In this document: positions 50,474 to 57,067 of the stretch, piece after piece | Numbering within the stretch: position 1 is the stretch's first letter | How the letters are laid out: each line of letters begins with the position of its first letter | Origin: Octopus bimaculoides | Lineage: Eukaryota | Length of the DNA: 57,067 nucleotides | Direction: 5' to 3' | Assembly (NCBI RefSeq): GCF_001194135.2 | Contig: NC_068983.1 | Location: 14,936,175 to 14,993,241 of the forward strand | Made by a program: the position numbers and the translations under genes | The notes under the pieces: generated by a model | The model's input: only the letters and a program-made list of their open reading frames with translations | What the model was told of the DNA's origin: nothing | Database searches by the model: none

Positions 50474-52512
50474 TATGTGTGTGTACATATATATATACAT
50501 ATATATATATGTATTATGTGTGTATGTATATAAACACACACACATAGAGACATACACATGCCTACACGTATAATGATACGTCAATCAAACTAAATTGCTT
50601 TGAAGATGTAAAACAATTGCTTTGACTCACTAATTGCTTTTTCCTCTTAGCTGTGCAGGCATTCAAGGGACGAATCGCAACGTTTCTGGAATAGAGTTGA
50701 GCTTGGGTGTTTGATTTATTTCCTCACTTAACCAATAACCGCCTTTATTCGAATCTTAAATATCTATGATGTTTATTCACTCTGTTTGCAAGCATTAAGG
50801 TCAGGCCTTTTTTTTTTCAGTATATTGTCTTTTCTTGGACCATCCAGTCTTAAAAACCGACAGAATGTTTTCTGGGCGATGTCCTTTTCCTCCGTTGACA
50901 TGTCTATGCAGAAAATCTTATGTTGAATGATTTCATTCTGAAATCTCGCAAACTCATTGTGTTGTTTTGTTTTGTTTTTTCTTTCTTTTTTGCTTTTGGC
51001 ACAGATTATAAGAAGAAAAACCCTCCTGAATATATTATACAATAAACCATAAGGGACTACAGCACAGTACTTAATGTAAACAATTTCGAGAATATTCCCA
51101 AACAACACTATCAAATTTTAAACGTTATTAAATAGGTATTTGGAAAATTGATTTCTATTGACACAGTTCTAATACAATTGGAGTGGAATTGTGTCAATGA
51201 CCAAGTAACAGTAGTGTAACGAAAATGTTGACACATTGAGAATTAAATTAAAAGTGAATGTAATAAATTTTGCCTGGTTTTTAGTTTGTTAAAATTTCTA
51301 TTTCGAGATATAATTGCTTCGGTTTCAGCATGAGTTCTGCGATGAAATCAATTGCTAGACACTAAATGGAAAAGTCGAAATTTCTAAAACTTCACTCAGG
51401 CAACAAAAACTTTCGAAGTGGGCTGTTAACTGTTGCCTGAAAAGATAAAAAAAAAACATTGCAATACATTCTCTGTATTAAACACTGCACCTCACATAAA
51501 ATATATACAAAGATTCATATGATGGTCGAGAAACTAGACATGAAGAAAGGACAGGTTTCTATAGCAACGGTTTTTATTGAAATATTTATGAAAGGGTCAC
51601 AGAAGATTATTGATTCGCTGAAATGGGTCGTGATGATGAAATTTGGAAAGTGCTGATGACTTACGATAAAATAACAACAACAAAAAAAAGAAAAAGAACT
51701 AGCATGTGCTAAACTTTATTCAATCGTCTGTATAGCTTTTTAACGTAAAGTGAAGATTGATCACTTTACATTAAACTTCAATCTTCTCATTTAATGCATT
51801 CCATTAATTACAATCTAGTAAATTGCTTTGTTGCTTGGCTATAGTTTTCAAACCAGAGTTATTGTCATCAAATGATTTTGTTTGGAGAGGAAAGCGACTG
51901 TTAATGAATTGACTCCCGCTAACCTGCATAGGAAGATTATATTTTTCAAACTGCTCAGATTAGCATTATCACCTGAGCCACACTAATTACAAAACGTTCA
52001 AACGTTCAATGAGAAATCATCCATTTCTCTGACATCAATTTCAAATGCAATTACTGAAGCAGAAGAGGAAATTCTTTAATTATTTTGTTTGATCTAGTCA
52101 TTTTTGCTAAGATCATGCTGGAGCAACGACTACTTAGTTTTATAGATTCACAGATAAATAAAGCAGAGAAAGGATTTTGTTCTACAAACTAAATATGTTC
52201 CGATACATTTCACTCTATATACGGTAGGATGGCAAGATGAATTCAAGGGGAAATAGGTAGAGCATCGGAAAATAATTATTTGTATTTAATGCGTCATTTG
52301 AATTTTAATATCGATTTAAGATAACTTCGTTGCCATTCAGTTAAGAATGTTGTTATAGTCGACTCAAACCTCCACAAAAATAAAATGTCACCATGTGTCT
52401 ATGTTTGAATTCAATAGGTTTTGCTCTACCTAAACGCCCATCCTTAAAGACGGAGGGAATATCCTATATAAAACTAATTTATAAAATGTTTTTATAAAGA
52501 TTTTCAATCTTA

Positions 52513-52744
52513 TTTCTTTTGTGCCCACAAGGGGCTAAACACAGAGGGGACAAATAAGGACAGACAAACGGATTAAGTCGATTATATCGACCCCAGTGCC
52601 TAACTGGTACTTATTTAGTCGACCCCGAAAGGATGAAAGGCAAAGACGACCTCGGCAGAATTTGAACTCAGAACGTAACGGCACACGAAATACCGCGAAG
52701 CATTTCGCCCGGCGCGCTAAAGTTTCTGCCAGCTCACTGTCTTA
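52513..52744 (-). mobile_element. Full SINE A2 with perfect 17-bp TSD
   Basis: AAAGATTTTCAATCTTA at 52496-52512 and 52745-52761. Confidence 0.95.
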
Positions 52745-53749
52745 AAAGATTTTCAATCTTAATAACCAATAACATTTTTAGAAATCTATTAATCTAATAT
52801 ATGTTATCTGTAGATCTATGTATGATACATTTAGTAAAAAATGATTTACATTCTTTCGATAGAAAGACGCAATTAAAACAACTAATAGGACATCGCAAAT
52901 TCCATGTAAGATATTTTCTCTGATTTCTAAGCAAACAACTCCGTCCCCGCTGGGCTTTAATATCATCATTATAAAATACTGAATATAGAAATTAAACTCG
53001 TCTCTTAGCAGGTGATTATGTTGTTCAGAAAACCGAGACTGTGAGCAATCTTAAATTCTATTTTGATACAATATTCCCACATTTTACGATTAGCAATGAT
53101 TTAGAGAAGTGGTCATACTGAGAGAAAAATTATTTACTTTCTATTTTTATCCAACGTCTGTATGTTTAATATGTTCACAAAATTTCGGCTAATTATAAAT
53201 TGAAGTAGCAAAGCAATTATTTCCATGATTCTATGTAGATGTTTCTAATGTAAAAAGCAAGAAATCATAATACATCTATTAAAAACATTCTCTCGTAGCA
53301 TGAATCATGGATCTCAGTAAATCCGGCTTACATGATTTAAATATGTTCTACGTTTCGTGCGTTCCATTAATTTGTATACAAATTCGGTGCAATGTCTTAC
53401 TGTAACTAAGTATTTATCTTGATAATTTCAATGATGCAAATGTCTCTAAAGTTTTGCACAAATATCGCATCCAGGTGCAACCTGGACGTACCAATCCTAA
53501 CTCCTAGGAATTTTAGGCCGAAAATATCCCACCGACGAGTTCGTGCCAATCTTCCCCTCTTCTGCACTACAAGGTCTGTAGTGCTACATGTACAACACAA
53601 CTGATATTGTTCCTTTATACTTGTAAATATAAACATCACATAATTAGAACCCATAAAGGTAGCTACAAGTACTACGTCTTATAAGGATCTTCCCTGACCA
53701 GCGCACGTCTTTGACATAGCAAAAATTACATCACAAGGAAGTACCAGAA

Positions 53750-54430
53750 AATACTTCAGTTCGCAACAGTTATTATTTCAATGAAAAGCTCAAGTGAAGT
53801 TCACTAAAATACTGATTCCTCATCGAAAATAATATTGCTGCTACGTAGATATCCTAGATTACATCCGGAAAAAAGGATACCCTGTCGGTTGTCGTTCACC
53901 AACGGAGTTCAAATTCCATCTCACTCTACTCAAATGACCTTTGTCCATTAGAGGTAACTAGTCTCAAACCATCTATAGTGTGACTAAATCGTCTTTCCTT
54001 ATCTCCTCATCCACACTGTGCCTCCCGCTTGTAGAGTTCCCCCATACTAACCATTAAGCTGAACCCGCTCTTTCTACTCATAACATCAAACGTCTTGAGC
54101 TCACTTTGTGTCATAATGTAAAGTATCATACATGCTGATCTTATGGTCCCTCCTGGATGATCTGCAAGGGTCGCGGGACCAATTGTGTCCCCTAGACCCA
54201 AACGTTAACCATTAAAATGTTTCTTCTCTATATATACGTCAATTTTCATAACACCGAAACCTTATGCTTTTGGATTCAAGTCAATGCGCAATATATTGTG
54301 CAAGTGCTTTCTTCTGCTGTGCACCTGTGTCTCAGGTTCACCATAGCATTTGGAGTGTAATCTGGTAGACGGAATAGGCATTGAGGCCTGTCAGAGGGAG
54401 AGTTCATGTCTTGGAGTAGTAGACCTAATC
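53750..54430 (-). pseudogene. Possible ancient LINE apurinic-endonuclease relic
   Basis: Weak motifs in order (LPDY.., VSMGEL resembling MGDFN, QPT.., DVI) amid many stops. Confidence 0.25.
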
Positions 54431-55279
54431 TCTCATCTAATTAAACCCAGTTCTAAGCTGCATTCAGTAAATTCCTATGTTTTATAATCATTCAGGATAA
54501 AGCTGTAAATATTTCGTAAATAGGGATGGAAATTGTTTATAGTCAACAAAACCAAGGGAGAAAATATTTCGATTCAGACAATTGCTTCCAGTAATATATT
54601 CCTTCTGCTTGGAGAATTCCTGTTTCACATGTAAATTCCCTTGGCACAGATGCAATGAAATTAATATCTATTTTGTGCTGAATGAGTCATACGTAGTGTG
54701 ATAATACTTCAGCACTTTGTAATATCATTTTCAGAGACATCTGATTTTGTTTTCAAAGGAAGAAAATATTCAATTTGCTTTTATATTCCTCAGATTTTAC
54801 AAAATAATATTTTTTTTCAATGTAATAAAGAGATATGAATTTCATAATGATTTCCAATATAGGTACAGAATTGTATGTTTTGTGAAAGTAAAGTGAATGA
54901 TATTTTTATTCATACAAACACACGTACATACAAGCATGCATGCATGCATACATACATACATACATACATACATACATGCATACCAATAATAATTGGAGCA
55001 CTTGGTTTTGTAAGTGAAAACCTAACTGTCATTCTAGATAAGCTATAATGGGTTACATGTTCCTACTAGTAACACTATGAGGGATCTAACATTACATATA
55101 TGCATATATATATATATANNNNNNNNNNNNNNNNNNNNNNNNNNNNNNNNNNNNNNNNNNNNNNNNNNNNNNNNNNNNNNNNNNNNNNNNNNNNNNNNNN
55201 NNNNNNNNNNNNNNNNNNNNNNNNNNNNNNNNNNNNNNNNNNNNNNNNNNNNNNNNNNNNNNNNNNNNNNNNNNNNNNN

Positions 55280-55365
55280 GTTAACGTTTGGAGCTACGCT
55301 CTTCAGCAGAAAGAAATAAGGAGAAAAACAAGGAGAAAAACACGGAGAAAAAAATTTAAACGTCG
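55280..55365 (-). mobile_element. Family F fragment with hammerhead-like CUGCUGA core, cut by a gap
   Basis: Minus strand: TCTTT-CTGCTGA-A-GAGC(gta)GCTC-CAAA-CGTT; the upstream TTTTCTCCGTGTTTT matches 50204-50221. Confidence 0.7.
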
Positions 55366-55386
55366 TGGTCAGCGATCTATCATTGG

Positions 55387-55426
<40 letters not shown>

Positions 55427-56057
55427 AATTAGGGTTTATATTATATAGTCTGCTCTCTCTATATATATAAATATATACAGAGAGAGAGTAAGAGAGAGTG
55501 AGACAGAGAGAGAGAGAAAGAGAGAGATACATACTTATATACAGACACACATACATACTCATATGCACACACATAAATACGTGCACGACGACGATTGCTC
55601 CATCATGTGAGATGGTAGCCTGATTGTTCTGATTTACTTTCATTCTTCTCCTTGGCGCGGATATGTACATTTGCTCAATGCATGCTCCAGCATGGGACTT
55701 CAGAAAATACAAAACAGATCAAGAAATGAAACGGTATTGATGCTTCTGTACATCTTTGGATTTAAGTGACGAGAGCTTGCAAAATACTGGGGCCACTTTC
55801 TCGATCGCCATATTATGTTCCATTCAGAAATCTTGCAAGAAGACTGACATTATTTGACTGCAAGTTCTATGTCAGTGTAGCTTTCTTCGCAAAGAACTGC
55901 CTTCTCCAAGAATTCCTCAAAAAATACGGGACTTCTCTATCTCACGGTAGTATTTTTAACTCAAACATATATACACATATATGTACGTATGTACATACGT
56001 ACACAAATACACACACACATATACAGAAATACAGACACACGTACGTANNNNNNNNNN

Positions 56058-56253
56058 CGTACATACATACACACATATATATATATATACATATTCACAT
56101 ATGAACACGCACATAGGTACATACACACATACATAAAGACATACATACGTACATACATACACACATATATATATATATACATACTTAGATATGCACACGC
56201 ACATACGTACATGCACACATGCATACAGACAAACATACGTACATACATACATA
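56058..56253. repeat. 90-bp higher-order repeat built from microsatellite words
   Basis: Units 56061-56150 and 56151-56240 align; the third unit is interrupted by a MITE. Confidence 0.85.
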
Positions 56254-56377
56254 CAGGGTGCCCACAAGGACTGGGTACATGGAGTAAATAAATCATAGCA
56301 AACATTTAAATATAAGAAATAATAATTTCTTAAAGTATGTCTTAATCCCCATGTACCCAGATTTTGTGGACACCCTG
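56254..56377. mobile_element. 124-bp Tc1/mariner-type MITE
   Basis: 29-bp TIRs (CAGGGTGCCCACAAGGACTGGGTACATGG / CCATGTACCCAGATTTTGTGGACACCCTG) flanked by TA on both sides. Confidence 0.92.
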
Positions 56378-56397
56378 TAGATACATACATACATACA

Positions 56398-56428
<31 letters not shown>

Positions 56429-56439
56429 GCATGCTATAT

Positions 56440-56578
56440 GAAGATGCAAGTCTGACTATGTCATTAAAAGGTTCGCTTCGCACTGCGTGACATCGTAGTC
56501 GAACGAGCCCTTTCTATTATAGGCGATCAAACCCCTGTGAATGGATTGGGAAAACGGAAAGTGAATAGAAAACTCCCA

Positions 56579-56580
<2 letters not shown>
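56440..56580 (+). mobile_element. Highly decayed SINE C 5' half followed by (TG)n
   Basis: GGTTCGCTTCGCACTGCGTGACA..TTCTATTATAG..TGTGAATGGATT..ACGGAAAGTGAA. Confidence 0.5.
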
Positions 56581-56620
<40 letters not shown>

Positions 56621-56746
56621 TATATGTGCTTGTTTCATTTTGTGTGAATTTACCTGTATATATATATTCACATATATATATGTGTGTGTGTGTGTGTGTG
56701 TTTGTGTGTGTGCGTGCATATATACATATATGTGTATATACGCGTA

Positions 56747-56779
<33 letters not shown>

Positions 56780-56962
56780 CTTCTCACGGACGTGCTGTCA
56801 CATCGGCTGCGAAGGTAAACGTTTATTTGACCATTTACTGTCCACATTTTGTTGGAATTTTTAAATAATTTTGTTGCGAAGCACCTAGGCTTCATTTGTG
56901 TGTATTTTCAAGGGCAGGAATTGACCCCCAGGGGCAGTTTCGGCCCTAGCAAAATACAAAAA

Positions 56963-57067
56963 TTTCGACGTCTAGAAGTATTCCTGGGAACGTCTCGTCC
57001 CTTACTTTTAGTGGGGGATTGGAATGCTACCTTGGACACGCATCTAGACTACGTGGGGAGTGACAAA
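56963..57067 (+). mobile_element. Tx1/L1-clade apurinic endonuclease fragment, open to the window end
   Basis: 35 open codons, FRRLEVFLGTSRPLLLVGDWNATLDTHLDYVGSDK, containing the GD(F/W)N..LD motif. Confidence 0.75.

Noticed and set aside
50600-52400. Repeat-poor segment that might hold enhancers
   Set aside because: Short TAAT-type words are expected by chance in AT-rich DNA; this needs cross-species conservation data.
4341-52744. tRNA genes at A-box/B-box motifs
   Set aside because: All are SINE heads followed by family bodies; I could not draw a full cloverleaf.
54007-54201. 64-aa ORF as a host exon
   Set aside because: No recognisable domain or convincing splice context; it is better explained as retroelement debris.
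55560-55940. Possible Tc1-like transposase relic on the minus strand
   Set aside because: Only faint W..P..LNP similarity across frameshifts.
194-56868. Most ORFs in the track (YIYI, HTHT, CVCV, poly-I/Y/L, SLSL, X-runs)
   Set aside because: They are translations of microsatellites and N-gaps, with no protein-like content.

Overview
This is AT-rich, repeat-saturated eukaryotic DNA with 16 N-gaps, most of them flanked by (TA)n. The SINE families resemble those I recall from octopus genomes, so a cephalopod origin is likely (inference). I can support no host protein-coding exon, rRNA, true tRNA gene or CRISPR array. Almost every ORF in the track is a microsatellite or N-gap artefact, or a transposon fragment. 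Contents: many tRNA-derived SINEs, labelled here A (with A1 and A2 tails), B and C; Penelope-like elements (PLEs; RT plus GIY-YIG at 35.1-36.2 kb, plus other fragments); two large mariner relics and two small ones; a cryptic ~1.6 kb Buster-type hAT transposase relic that the ORF track misses; a Tc1/mariner MITE; a Tx1/L1-type endonuclease fragment at the right edge; and an LTR remnant with a tRNA-Ser primer-binding site. The most interesting signal is about ten minimal hammerhead-ribozyme-like motifs from at least four repeat families. These include a diverged ~190-bp tandem dimer with one hammerhead per unit (retrozyme-like, 48.7-49.0 kb), a young family with a non-canonical CUG(U/C)UGA core, and a hammerhead-bearing repeat with a tRNA B-box remnant arranged head-to-head next to a PLE. 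All structures were read by eye. No folding, alignment or database search was run.
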